DNA of 63,620 bases, the filler included, from Octopus bimaculoides (lineage: Eukaryota), in assembly GCF_001194135.2 (NCBI RefSeq). It is 5 parts of 5 records of this genome, joined end to end, with 100 filler letters (N's around TTAATTAATTAA, not from the genome) between each part and the next. Parts side by side here need not be neighbours in the genome. Positions count along the whole stretch, not along the records: positions 40,615 to 58,773 come from NC_068992.1; positions 58,874 to 61,938 come from NC_069001.1; positions 62,039 to 63,620 come from NC_068985.1; 2 more parts are not named here. One strand, given 5' to 3'. The position numbers and the translations under genes were made by a program. The notes under the pieces were generated by a model that was given only the letters and a program-made list of their open reading frames with translations, had not been told where the DNA came from and did no database searches. Shown piece after piece: positions 49,800 to 62,752 of the stretch. Position 1 is the stretch's first letter. Every line of letters starts with the position of its first letter.

Positions 49800-50420
49800 G
49801 CGGTGAGCTGGCAGAATCATAAACACATCAGGCAAAATGCTTAGCAGTATTTCCTCTTAAAGCTCTTTACGTTATAAGTTCAAGTCCTACTGAGGTAACC
49901 TTTGCCTTTCGTCCCTTTGGGGTTGATAAAATAAAGTACCGCTCAAATACTGGGCCTCATGTAATTAACTTGCCCCTCTTCTTAGAATTATTGGCCTTGA
50001 AGCCTGCAATGGACCTGCATCCTGTGTAGGGGTACCATTGTAATCTCTGTCATTTATATGCCATGGAAACCAGTGAACTGGTCTTGCAATTAAAACTATG
50101 TCTATGAGTATGTATGTATTGTATTGGCACTCCGTCGCTTACGACATCGAGGGTTCCGGTTGATCCGATCAACGGAACAGCCTGCTCGTGAAATTAACGT
50201 GCAAGTGGCTGAGCACTCCACAGACACGTGTACCCTTAACGTAGTTCTCAGGAATATTCAGCGTGACGCAGTGTGACAAGGCTGACCCTTTGAATTACAG
50301 GCACAACAGAAACAGGAAGTAAGAGTGAGAGAAAGTTGTGGTGAAAGAGTACAGCAGGGTTCGCCACCATCCCCTGCCGGAGCCTCGTGGAGCTTTAGGT
50401 GTTTTTGCTCAATAAACACT
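49800..50420. mobile_element. Plus GCCTTTCATCC-core SINE (about 49800-50000) and minus OR-type SINE (about 50125-50420, cut by a gap)
   Basis: Diagnostic sequences; the OR body matches 23040-23320. Confidence 0.88.
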
Positions 50421-51067
50421 NNNNNNNNNNNNNNNNNNNNNNNNNNNNNNNNNNNNNNNNNNNNNNNNNNNNNNNNNNNNNNNNNNNNNNNNNNNNNNNN
50501 NNNNNNNNNNNNNNNNNNNNNNNNNNNNNNNNNNNNNNNNNNNNNNNNNNNNNNNNNNNNNNNNNNNNNNNNNNNNNNNNNNNNNNNNNNNNNNNNNNNN
50601 NNNNNNNNNNNNNNNNNNNNNNNNNNNNNNNNNNNNNNNNNNNNNNNNNNNNNNNNNNNNNNNNNNNNNNNNNNNNNNNNNNNNNNNNNNNNNNNNNNNN
50701 NNNNNNNNNNNNNNNNNNNNNNNNNNNNNNNNNNNNNNNNNNNNNNNNNNNNNNNNNNNNNNNNNNNNNNNNNNNNNNNNNNNNNNNNNNNNNNNNNNNN
50801 NNNNNNNNNNNNNNNNNNNNNNNNNNNNNNNNNNNNNNNNNNNNNNNNNNNNNNNNNNNNNNNNNNNNNNNNNNNNNNNNNNNNNNNNNNNNNNNNNNNN
50901 NNNNNNNNNNNNNNNNNNNNNNNNNNNNNNNNNNNNNNNNNNNNNNNNNNNNNNNNNNNNNNNNNNNNNNNNNNNNNNNNNNNNNNNNNNNNNNNNNNNN
51001 NNNNNNNNNNNNNNNNNNNNNNNNNNNNNNNNNNNNNNNNNNNNNNTGTTAAGTTAATATAAGGCAA

Positions 51068-51280
51068 TAGGCAGTGAGCTGGCAGAACCGTTAGCATGCT
51101 GGGAAAAAGGCTTAGCAGCATTTTGTCCATCTTTAAGTTCTGAGTTCAAGTCCCATTGAGGTTGACTTTGCCTTTCATCCTTTTGGGGTTGATAAAATAA
51201 GAACTAGTCAAGCACTAGGTCAACATGGTCGACTTACTCCCTCCCCGCAAATTACTGGCCTTGTGCCAGAATGTGAAACC
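51068..51280 (+). mobile_element. tRNA-SINE (GCCTTTCATCC-core family)
   Basis: ggcagtgagctggcagaaccgttagc..tttgcctttcatccttttggggttgataaa. Confidence 0.88.
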
Positions 51281-51294
51281 AATGTAAGGCTGTT

Positions 51295-51611
51295 CCATAT
51301 TTTAGAGATGAGGAATTCTGTACATTATTTACATTATTTACATTAGACAGATATGTGTCCTCATCTTGTTTTGTTGTTACCACAATGTTTCAGTTGATTT
51401 ATTCTCCAGCCTTCATCAGGTGTCCTGGTAGAATTTGGAACCCAACTCTGGGTTCTCATTCCTAAGGTACTTTTTTGCTGATGTTATAATTATTATTATT
51501 ATTATAATTATTATTATTATTTATATGCCCATGGGCATATAGCGTAATAGTTAAGAGAGCAGGCTTCAAACCCCAAGATTGTAAGTTCAATTCCAGGCAG
51601 TTCCTTGAATA

Positions 51612-51643
<32 letters not shown>

Positions 51644-51807
51644 CATCAGCAAAAACATACCTAAGGAATGAGAACCCAGGGTGGGTTCAAAATTCTACCA
51701 GGTCACCTGATGAAGGCTGGAGAGTAAATCAACTGAAACATTGTGGTAACAGCAAACAAGATGAGGACACATATCCGTGATAAATGATAATGTAAATAAT
51801 GTACAAA
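51295..51807. mobile_element. Inverted pair of Penelope-type hammerhead units (older copy)
   Basis: Minus arm then plus arm, junction gcccatgggc; 11-bp TSD gtaaggctgtt (51284, 51808); both arms share private variants (caactgaaacattgtggtaac). Confidence 0.88.
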
Positions 51808-52814
51808 GTAAGGCTGTTAATGTTATGTAACAAAGTGTGTTCCTTATAAACCACCTTCTTTATTACGTTATGTATCACACAGAGGCTGGGTGCGAAATGA
51901 TATAGAGCCGGGGATACAGAAAAATAATGAAATATTGTCTTGGGATATTTTACCGATTTTAAGAAAATAAGAACCAGGGTCAATTTGTTTGAGTAGACCC
52001 TGTAAGGCTGTGCCCACGCACAACTGCAGTCCGATGACTGATTCAAGTAAAAGATAAAAGATTAAAGACAAAAGATAAAAGATATACAGCACCTGCCAGA
52101 GCTTTGTGAATAGATTTAAAAGATGGAAACTGAAAGGTAATCCATTATATGCACATGTATATCCACATGTGAGTGAGCATACATGCATATTTATATGCTT
52201 TCTTCACTTGGAACATACTGCTCACTGAGATGAGATATTCTTTCACTATCAGTTTTGTTGTTGTTGCTGTCTTTTATGATAGATTCCACCTCTTAAAAGA
52301 GATTTCTCTGTTAAAGAGAAATGCATGTATATTTCTACAATGGAATTTGAAAATTCCATTGTAGAAATTTTATTTCCATCTTAAACCGAAATGGCTTTCT
52401 CAAGTCATTTTTAACCATTTCACAATGCTCCATATAAAATATACTGTATATGAGTATATACATGTGTGCGTGTGTGTGTGTGGGTGCAAGTGTGTATGTG
52501 TGGGGGTGCAAGTGTGTGTGTGGGAAGATGCAATTGTGTGTGTGTGGAGGGGATGCAAGTGTGTGTGTGTGTGTGTGTGTATGTCTGCATTCTTTGTGTG
52601 ATTTCTTCTCCAGTTTTGCATGTGTTGAACCACAGTGGCACATTTTTATTGATTACTTAAAGTGGAGGGAAGTTGTGGAAGAGGGGGCACCCAGGAAGAC
52701 ACAGGACGCAGTATCAAAGGCTAATCTCAAAACACTAACCTTTACAAAGGAAATCACAGGGGACCAAGATCCATGGTGCCTTGCTGTGCTGAAGAAGACC
52801 TCACCCATCAGAAC

Positions 52815-53290
52815 AGAATTGTGGCACTAAGGTGCCACATAAAAAGCAAGGGTGTGGGTGCTGGTTCTACATAAAGGGGAGCACTGGTGCTGGTGCCATG
52901 TAAAAAGCACTCAATTGCACTCTGTAAAATGGTTGGCATTAGGAAGGGCATCCAACCATAGCAACTTTGCCAAAATAAACTATGGTAGCCTGGTGCACCT
53001 ACTGACCTTGCTAGTTCCTGTCAAGCTGTCCAACCCATATATATATATATATATATACCATTTTTAGCATGGCCATTGCCAGTACCGCCTGACTGGCCTT
53101 CGTACTGGTGGCACGTAAAATCACCCACTACACTCTAGGAGTGATTGGTGTTAGGAAGGGCATCCAGCTGTAGAAACTCTGCCAAATCAGATTGGAGCCT
53201 GGTGTAGCCATCTGGTTCACCAGTCCTCAGTCAAATTGTCCAACCCATGCTAGCATGGAAAGCGGACGTTAAACGATGATGATAATATAT
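52815..53290 (+). mobile_element. Two copies of the (GAT)n-tailed SINE-like repeat
   Basis: aaaagcac..ttaggaagggcatcca..aacccat; the second ends ggaaagcggacgttaaacgatgatgat. Confidence 0.8.
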
Positions 53291-53668
53291 ATACGTATGC
53301 CAGTATGAAATCGGGCGCTGAATGATGATGATGATGATGATGATGATGACGACGACGACGATGATGGTCATGGTGATATGTGGAGGCATGGGTGTATGGT
53401 TCTCTTCCTAATCAGAACATTCTTTACTGCAGGAAATATAAGAGCAATTAATAATGTTTTTAGACTTTGATTCTTTTATACTCCATAACATTTTCCCCTA
53501 TACACAATAAATCATAAAATAACTGTTTGTAGTGACTTTTGTGTTCTGGTTATGGCTAGCTGGTCAGACTGGTCTAGGTCAGATAGTTCTGGTTACTTTA
53601 GATGTTTGCTTTACAAACCATGGGATTGTATACAATTGTGTAATCATTTCCTTTACTTCCTGTTGCAG

Positions 53669-53699
53669 CGCACATGGTACATTGTTCAATCGACCACAT
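53669..53699 (+). other. Candidate 31-nt micro-exon (unverified)
   Basis: Strong acceptor catttcctttacttcctgttgcAG and donor CAT|GTGAGC; all frames open. Confidence 0.25.
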
Positions 53700-53834
53700 G
53701 TGAGCACACACACTCACACACACACATACACGCACACACTCACACACACACTCATGCATGTATGAATATATAAAACTTGGCCATCAATCACAGTCCAGTG
53801 TGACTCGTTTCTAGCACACCCTTGCTCTTGAGTA

Positions 53835-54280
53835 ATTTGCTTATGCAAGCTATTGCTTCCTAACCACATGGTTCTGAGTTCAGTTCCACTGCGTGGCACC
53901 TTGGGCAAGTGTCTTCTACAATAGCCTTAGGCTGACCAAAGCCTAGTGAGTGGATTTGGTAGATGGAAACTGAAAGAAGCCCGTCGTATATATATATGTG
54001 TGTGTGTGTCTGTGTGTGTGTGTGTGTGTCTGTGTGTGTGTATGTGTGTGTGTGTGTGCGTGTGTATGGATGTATGTATATGGTTGTGTGTATGTGTTTG
54101 TCCCCCGCCACCCAGCAGTCAAATGACTGAAACAAGTAAAAGAAAATAAAATCTCCATGAAATTGTCCTTGGCTCTATGGCATAAAGACACTTACCCAAG
54201 GTGCCACGCAGTGGGACTGAACCTGGAACCATGTGGTTGGTAAGCAAGCTACTTACCACACAGCCACTCCTACGCCTATA
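53835..54280. mobile_element. CORE-like microsatellite SINE (plus, about 53835-54145) and a minus head (about 54180-54280)
   Basis: gtggcaccttgggcaagtgtctt on both strands. Confidence 0.85.
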
Positions 54281-54288
54281 GTATTCTT

Positions 54289-54426
54289 CAGTTCTATATT
54301 TAAGAGATGAGGAATTATTTACATTATTTACATTATTTACATTTGACGGGTATATCAGCCGAAACGTTGTGTTAACAACAAAAAAGATGAGGACAAATAT
54401 CCGTCAAATGTAAATAATGTAAATAA
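54289..54426. mobile_element. Short fold-back Penelope-type insertion (inverted tail plus the 3' half of the hammerhead unit)
   Basis: Perfect 12-bp TSD tatagtattctt (54277, 54427); arms switch at a gg microhomology. Confidence 0.92.
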
Positions 54427-54527
54427 TATAGTATTCTTGTTTGTAGATGCTGTGAAATATCTGCTTCATGCTTGAACCCTTAAACTCCTCAACTGATAAT
54501 GGATAGAATCTATTGTCTTATCCATGA

Positions 54528-54740
54528 AGAAGGTAGTGAGCTGGCAGAGTCGTTAGCATATTGGGAAAATGATTAGTAGGAAAATGATTAGTTCTCTCTA
54601 TGTTCTGAGTTCAAATTCCGCCAAAGTCGACTTTGCCTTTCATCCTTGCAGAATAAGTACCAGTTGAGCGCTGGGGGTCAATGTAATCAACTTACACCTG
54701 CCCCCGAAATTGCTGGCCTTGTTCCAAAATTTGATACCAT
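54528..54740 (+). mobile_element. tRNA-SINE (GCCTTTCATCC-core family)
   Basis: gagttcaaattccgccaaagtcgactttgcctttcatcc. Confidence 0.85.
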
Positions 54741-55107
54741 TATCTTGTCCATTTGGACAATTTACTTCTCCAGCCACACAAACATTCCAAAAAGTCCAAA
54801 ACCTCGTCTTCCTTTTCTTCCCCATCATCATCATCATTATCATCAATTACAACAGCAATGACTTCAGTTATAAAAATAACAATAACAACAACAACAACAT
54901 CAGTAGCAACATCAGCAACAACAGCATAACAACAAAATTATTAATAGCACTAACAATTCTTCCTTTGAATAAAATTAGCCATTTTCAGAGGCAAACTTCC
55001 AACTGCGTTTCAAAAAGGCAGATTGCTTTTGGGAATGAGAATCAATCAAATTCAATTTTCTAAGCTACAAGAAATTGTAGAAAGAAAGGACAGACAGACA
55101 AACAGAT

Positions 55108-55147
<40 letters not shown>

Positions 55148-55305
55148 TCAGACAGACAGACAGATAGATAGATAGATAGAGAGATAGACAGACAGATAGA
55201 CAGAGAGACAGATAGGTAGGTAGATAGATAGAAATAGAAAGCTATAAAAAACATAAAAGAGTGATAGATATAAATAGAGAGAAAGATAGAGAGAGAGAGA
55301 GAGAC

Positions 55306-55352
<47 letters not shown>

Positions 55353-55625
55353 TTAGGTGAGGGTAGAGTGAGGAAGATAAAAAAATGGAAATCAATATTC
55401 AGTTTTTTCGAGAAGGAAGTTAATTGCAGCCTTTAAGCTGAGAATGTTTTGAGTTGCAATAGAATTCCTCTTTGAATTGTTAACACTTTTGCAGCTTTTC
55501 TAATCAATGTCCCAACAGAATACTTGTTCTAAAATATAGCCCATCATAGGTAAATATTCTAAACATCAAATAAACATTAAAAAACAAAACAAAAACAAAC
55601 AAAAAGTTCCACAACAATAAATTAT

Positions 55626-56000
55626 AAACAAGAGCACTCAGAGAGCGCAGACCTCCGCCAAGGCAACACCAACGTCCTTTCAACGATTAAGCAGAGATGA
55701 TTTTTAAAATGAGAATATCTGAAATAACCTCGACTGCTTTCACAAACGAAAATACTAAAAATGAACCCGATTGCTCTCAAAAATGAAGTAAAAAAACCGG
55801 AAAAATAATCCTGAATCCTTCTCCAGTACCCGACTAATCCCAAAATTTAATCAGCTCATGCCAGTCATGAGGCCAAACATCCCTGAAAGTTTCATCGAAA
55901 TCCATCCAGAGGTTCTTGAGATATCTTGTCCATGGACAAACTAACAAACAAACAAATGCAACTGAAAACAATACCTCTGCCTTCAGTAAGGCGGAGGTAA
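55626..56000 (+). mobile_element. Non-autonomous Helentron/Helitron-like (HINE-type) element
   Basis: 5' aaacaagagcactcagagagcgcag ACCTCCGCCaagg; 3' hairpin acctctgcc..ggcggaggt aa whose arm is the inverted copy of the 5' subterminal motif. Confidence 0.7.
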
Positions 56001-56234
56001 TAACTGAATAGATAAATGAAATCTCTGAGTCTGTTTATTGCATGACCATTCTGAAAGCAAATGGAAGCAGAGACAGAAGAAGCAAAGTAAATAAAAATGC
56101 CAATGACATTTCACTTGTCAATTGTCACCGTCGTTGTTGTCGTCATCATAGTCGTTGCCGTCATTGTCATCATTATAGTCGTTTAACATCCACTTTTCTC
56201 TGCTTGCTTGGATTAAATGGTGAGGCAGATTTTG

Positions 56235-56772
56235 TTATTTCTTTATTGCCCACAAGGGGCTAAACATAGAGGGGACAAACAAGGACAGACAAAAGGATTA
56301 AGTCGATTTGCGAATGAATGAGGACAGCTGTGTGAAAAAGAGTCACACCCTAGCAGTTGAGGGAACCTGTGGAAGTACCATGTGGTTGGCACTTGTGCCA
56401 GTGGAATGTTAAAAGCACATCCAAGTGTGATCGTTGCTGGGTGGCTCCTGTGCTGTTGGCACGTAAAAAGCACCATTTGAGTGTGATCATTGCCAGTATC
56501 GTTTTACCTGCACATGTGCCAGAGGTACGTGAAAAACAAGATTCAAGCAGGGTCGTTGCCAGAACCGCCTACTGGCCCTCGTGCTGGTGGCATGTAAAAG
56601 CACCCACTACACTCATGGAGTGGTTGGCGTTAGGAAGGGCATCCAGGTGTAGAAACTTTGCCAGATCAGATTGAGCCTAGTGCAGCCTTCTTGCTCACCA
56701 GTCCTCAGTCAAACCGTGCAACCCATGCCAGCATGGGAAGCGGACATTAAACGACGGCGACGATGATGATGA
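56235..56772. mobile_element. Minus Tx1-tailed SINE end (about 56235-56310) and plus (GAT)n-tailed repeat (about 56330-56772)
   Basis: tttctttattgcccacaaggggct..; ttggcgttaggaagggcatcc..ggaagcggacattaaacgacggcgacgatgatgat. Confidence 0.8.
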
Positions 56773-56796
56773 TACATACATATATATATATATATA

Positions 56797-56827
<31 letters not shown>

Positions 56828-56828
56828 G

Positions 56829-56867
<39 letters not shown>

Positions 56868-56903
56868 TAGATAGATAGATAGATAGGTACACATACACAC
56901 ACA

Positions 56904-57103
56904 CAAGGGGGTCCTGAAAAGTTCCTGTCTTTTAAGTGTATTGTGAAAAGCCTGGTTGGAGGCCCAAACTTCTGAATTATTTTATAGGACCACTGCAATG
57001 AGTGTGTGAATCTGAGAAGGGATTATGTTGAATAAAACCATAATGAACTCATCCTCAGGGATTTTCTTCTACTCTATGCCAGGAACATTTCAGCACTCCC
57101 TCG
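56904..57103 (+). mobile_element. Mariner-type MITE (same family as 18420)
   Basis: caagggggtcctgaaaagttcctg ... ccaggaacatttcagcactccctcg|TA. Confidence 0.85.
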
Positions 57104-57664
57104 TATATACATTTATGTGTGTGTGTCTATGTTTGTGCGTGCATGCACTCAATCATGGTCAATTTCTGAAACTTGAACATCCAACAGCCTTGTCAAGTAC
57201 CTAGTGCTTGTGTCTCTGGTAACAATGAAACTAGCTTCAAATTCATAAACAAAACCACAGAATCCATAAACTGCAGAGCAAACAGGATAAACTGTAGACA
57301 AGTGGGATTTGTATTTCAGTTTCTTCCCTGTCTATAGTCAACTTATCTAAGCTTGTGAAGCCAAAGTCTTTTATTACACTGAGCCATGGTATTCTCCATA
57401 ATTTATGACCTTGTGTTAATCTTTCAAAGCAGGTTATTCAATACATTTGAAATTGATAAATTTGACCTGCTTCGTATGAGTGGCAGTATACATAGGCATT
57501 ATGCACACACACGTATGCATGTATGTATGTATGTATGTATGTATGTATGTATGTATGTGCGTGTGTGTGTGTACATTATATATATATATATATATATATA
57601 TATGCATATCCAGCATGGGCAATCAACATTAAATGTTGATGATGATGATAATGATGATATATAC

Positions 57665-57720
<56 letters not shown>

Positions 57721-58439
57721 ATGTGTGCCTTCACACACACATGTTTATGTATACATGCACACATGCATGTTTTGTTAACTGTTGCTTTTTGATCTCATGA
57801 TGTTTCAATTGAAAGAGATATTAAACAGGTTGTACTGACAGATTTTAGGTTCAGCATCAGATTTTTGTCATTTCTAATTAACTCGAGTCCTGAATATTGA
57901 AAGGAATCAAATAATTGGAAGTAAAAGTGGCATTTTATGAATTAATGTCTGAAATAGATAACTTGGTGCTATTCTTTGAAGTTCTGAGAAATAAATTGCA
58001 GAATTTCAACTGAAACTGCACACACACACACACACACGCGCACACGTGTGCATGTGTGATGTCAGATTGACAGAATCATTAAGAGGTTGGAAAAAAAGCC
58101 TTGCAGTATTTGTTCCATATCTCTGCACTGTAAGTTCAAATCCTACATCAGTCAACTCTGCTTTTCATTGTTTCAAGCTTGAATCATAAAACAGCAGCTC
58201 AAAGAGTTGGATTGGCGCAGTGTTACACCATTCGTTCTGATGCCTTGTGGAACATGGTAAGGTTTTGTACTTGCTGAGTTCGAAGCAGGTCCTTTCAAGA
58301 AGACAACAAAACTGTCGACGGATTGGGAAGTCCTTTCAGACGAACACTCCTAATGCCAGTACACCAGCTGGTAAGAGAGAATACAAAATCATGAACAGTC
58401 ACTTTTCTGCTGTTTTCTATTTTACATACATATATATGG

Positions 58440-58773
58440 CCTCTGCCAGGGATGTAGCCAGCCCACTTATGCGTAACATTCCTTCTTTGGACACTAAACT
58501 CTGCTTGCGAAGACCTGTTGAGGCAAGTGAAATTGAAATCGAACTAAATTTGTAGACTGGCACCCATGCCAACGTCTTCATTGAACACTAAACTCGGCTT
58601 GCGAAGACCTGTTGGGGCAAGTGAAAGCGAAATTGTGATGGCACCTGTACCAGTAAATCACTAAGAGCACCGTCCGAGCGTGATTGTTGCCAGAGAACCA
58701 GCTGTCTGGCTTTCATGCCGGTGGCACATAAATAGCACCATTTGAGCGTGACCGTTACCAACGTCGCCTTCCT
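58440..58773 (+). mobile_element. 5' part of the (GAT)n-tailed repeat family with an internal duplication
   Basis: acactaaactc(t/g)gcttgcgaagacctgttg(a/g)ggcaagtgaaa occurs twice. Confidence 0.6.
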
Positions 58774-58876
58774 NNNNNNNNNNNNNNNNNNNNNNNNNNN
58801 NNNNNNNNNNNNNNNNNTTAATTAATTAANNNNNNNNNNNNNNNNNNNNNNNNNNNNNNNNNNNNNNNNNNNNTAT

Positions 58877-58938
<62 letters not shown>

Positions 58939-59150
58939 TTATATACATATATATATATATACATAAACACACACGCATATACATATATATATATGTACGT
59001 ACATACATATGCATGGCAATATGTCTCTGTATGCCAGTATTTATTTATGTATACAAGTGTGTATGTGTTCATGACAATGTGTATGTCTATCTGCATTTCT
59101 GTGTGTGCGTGTGTGTGTGTGGACAGCACAAAAGAAAAAATTCACACATG

Positions 59151-59202
<52 letters not shown>

Positions 59203-59489
59203 CACATCTTCGCGTATGCAGACACATGTATATACATCCATTTGGCTACTTATCTCATTAATTCTATTCTTAGCACTGTCAGGTCACTGAATACTGGGTC
59301 TTTGAATACACTTGTACCACATTCCTGGCAACAGCACCTGGTAATTGTACTTTTCCAGACTGCATTTATACTTCATATGTTCAAATCAGATGTTCAAATT
59401 GGGAGATGCCTCTTCACTCAACCAATTATGTACGTCTCTAATTATCTAGATATATATCCACCTACAGTTATATTCAGATATTCTTTAAT

Positions 59490-59539
59490 TATTTTACTTG
59501 ATTCAGTCATTTGACTATGGCCATGCTGGGGCACCGCCT

Positions 59540-59583
<44 letters not shown>

Positions 59584-59915
59584 ATATACTTGTTTCAGTC
59601 ATTTGATTGTTGCCATGCTGGAGCACCACCTTAAAAGATTTTAGTAGAATAAATCGACCCCAGGACTTATGCTTTGTAAGCCTAGTACTTATTCCATTGG
59701 TCTCTTTTGCTGAACCTCTAGGTTATGGGGATGTAAATACACCAGCATATATATAGCAGACTTCCTTCAGTTTCCATCTACCAAATCCACTCACAAGGCT
59801 TTGGCTGGCCTTAGGCTATAGTAGAAGACACCTGCCCAAGGTGCCATGCAATGGGACTGAACCCAGGACCATGTGGTTGGGAAGCCAGCTTCTTACCACA
59901 TGGCCACTCCTGCAC
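59490..59915 (-). mobile_element. CORE-like microsatellite SINE with duplicated tail
   Basis: Reverse complement of the head (agaagacacctgcccaaggtgcca) and two tail copies (cagtcatttga..gccatgctgg). Confidence 0.82.
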
Positions 59916-59949
59916 ATATATACATATACATTATTATTATCATTATTAT

Positions 59950-60312
59950 TGTCTTTGCACAGCTTCTAACGCTGGAGATGTACTACAGTGTCAGCTGTTC
60001 ACTACCAGTGAACTAAGGTAACACCTCTTATTTTTCGAGCACCTTCCAGAGTATTCGAGCGGTTCCAAGCAGTGCTGTTTTCTGCAAGTGCTCCACCCTT
60101 ATTGCATCCTCTATTTGTTCCATGTACTTCTCAAGATTTTTACTCGCTGTTCCCAGGGCTCCGACAATTATTGGTACTACTGCTACCTTTTTCATCAGCC
60201 ACAACTGCTTACCTTCCCAAGCTAACCTGTCATATCTCTCGACTTTTCTTTCTTCCTTATCACATACCTTGTTGTCAGCTGGGCATGCTATATCTATGAT
60301 CCAGCATAATTT
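59950..60312 (-). mobile_element. R4/Dong-like REL 3' fragment ending in a short (AAT)n
   Basis: CWIIDIACPADNKVCDKEERKVERYDRL..VVPIIVGALG..EHLQKTALLGTARILWKVLEK*. Confidence 0.9.
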
Positions 60313-60730
60313 GCTATATATATATATGTAGGTTATGAAGGGTATTGGAGTCAACCAAACCCAAAGATACAGGTAATACCGAGTAAGTGCTGTATACCGA
60401 CTAGTTTTACCCCTGTCGTTGTACCAACATGAGTATATATGTATGTATACCACCTAGTTATTGGTGTACCCCTCTCTGCCTGCAGCTAGGCTTTCTGTGC
60501 AGTGCTCTGATGAATCTACCAAATTTCTTCCATGGGCAAAAGACCTCAAAATCATACGGGATAGAGTCATTCAATGGAAATCAACACTAGTATACAACTG
60601 GTACTTATCTCTGTTCAGAAGATGAAAGAGAAAGTGAATCCAGATTGTGAAGACGAAGAGTAAAATGTTACAAGTTGTTTTTCAATGTATTTCTGCATCT
60701 CTGCAGGTGCACATATAAGAAGAATGAGAA

Positions 60731-60764
<34 letters not shown>

Positions 60765-61354
60765 AGATGAGGAAGAAGCTAGAGAACAAAGAGAGAGTGT
60801 GCGCATGGAAAACAGAGTGAGGGGGAGTAGAGAGAGAGAGAATGTGAGAGAAAAGAAAAGGAAACACAGAAGGTAAGAAAGAAAGAAACACAATACTATA
60901 TATATATACACACATATATATACATACATACATAGACATATATGTATAATGCATATATATACATAGATACATACACACACAAACACATATTGCATGTATT
61001 ATATATATATTCTTTATACATATGCATGTGTGTGTACGAGTGTGTGTGTGTATGAGGAAAGTAAGAGATGCAGAGGCCAAACGGACAGGGAGAGGACATA
61101 GAAAGAGTGAGAGAAGAAGAAAAAGAAAGAGTTAGAAAGAGAGGTAAAGTGAAAGAAAGAAAGAAACAATGACTGATGTGAGAAAAAAAAATGGAAGAGA
61201 ATGATAAAATAGATTTTTTTTTTTTTTTTTTTATGTTGTGTTTCATTTTTCTTTAAAAAAAAATTTTTTCTCGATTAAATCATTGAAAATTAAATCAGAT
61301 AAAATTGTGTCTCACTCTATGTGTGTGTCTGTATATGTGTGTTAATGTGTGCTT

Positions 61355-61395
<41 letters not shown>

Positions 61396-62130
61396 CGTGA
61401 GAGTGTTTGTGTATGTCTATGTGTATGGTTCTCTGTATGTGTGTGTGGGGTTGCATCACACAGAGTTTCGAAATGCATATGTCTGTATGTGTGTTGGTAC
61501 GCATGTGTGTTTATGTATGTGTGATAGAGATAGTTAGTTTGTGTGTGTGTGTGTGTTTATGTTGCTCTTGAAAAGTCTCTGTATGTGTGTGCGTGTATGT
61601 GTGTGTGTGTGTGTGTCGTTGTGAGGTTGTGTCTGTGTGTGATTATACATAATAACTCTGTGTGTGTAGTTGGATCATAGAAAGTTTCTGTATTATATAT
61701 GTGTATATATGTTTGTATGTGTGTCTGTCTGTGTTTATGCATGTGTGATAGAGAGAGAGAGAGAGTGTATGTATGTGAGTGTGTATGTGTGTCACAATAT
61801 CTGTATGCATATGAGGGTGTATGTCTACTTCTATGGTAATGTGTATACCAATGGGTGACAATCTGTATGTGTGTGAGTGTGTGCATGTATGTATGTATGC
61901 ATGATAGCATGTGTATATATGTAAATGTGTGTGGCTGTNNNNNNNNNNNNNNNNNNNNNNNNNNNNNNNNNNNNNNNNNNNNTTAATTAATTAANNNNNN
62001 NNNNNNNNNNNNNNNNNNNNNNNNNNNNNNNNNNNNNNTATATAATATAAATAATATATAAATATATGCATATATCTATACATATATGTACATACCTACA
62101 TCTATATGAAAACATACATGCATATATGGG

Positions 62131-62134
<4 letters not shown>

Positions 62135-62165
<31 letters not shown>

Positions 62166-62405
62166 TTGTGTGTCTGTGTCTGTCCCCCCACCATCGCTTG
62201 ACAACCGATGTTGGTGTGTTCACATCCCCGTAACTTAGCGGTTCGGCAAAAGAGAGACCGATAGAATAAGTTACTAGGCTCACAAAGAATAAATCCTGGG
62301 GTCGATTTGTTCGACTAAAGGCGATGCTCCAGCACGGCCGCAGTCAAATGACTGAAAACTAATAAAAGAATAAAAGAAAGAATAAAAGAATAAAAGAATA
62401 AAGAT
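62135..62405 (+). mobile_element. 3' half of a CORE-like microsatellite SINE
   Basis: tgtcccccaccatcgcttgacaaccgatg..gactaaaggcgatgctccagca..(aataaaag)n. Confidence 0.88.
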
Positions 62406-62716
62406 GCGGAATATAAAGTCTTGCAAGCGGTTGCTGGAAAACAAACCATTATAAATAATATCTCTACTCGTATAGATTACATCTCAGTACAGTTAAGAAC
62501 AAAGCAATAAGTATGCAAACAGATAACAAAACATTGAATCATGGTGCACTCAGTTTAGTACAACAGTAAACCAACAAACAGGAGACGGTGTAGCGAGACT
62601 TCAAAAGAGCTATGATATGCATATAGATTTTAACAATAACATATAAAGATATCTAACTACAATTATACATACATACACCTATACATGCGTACATACATGG
62701 TCTCATATATATATAT

Positions 62717-62752
<36 letters not shown>

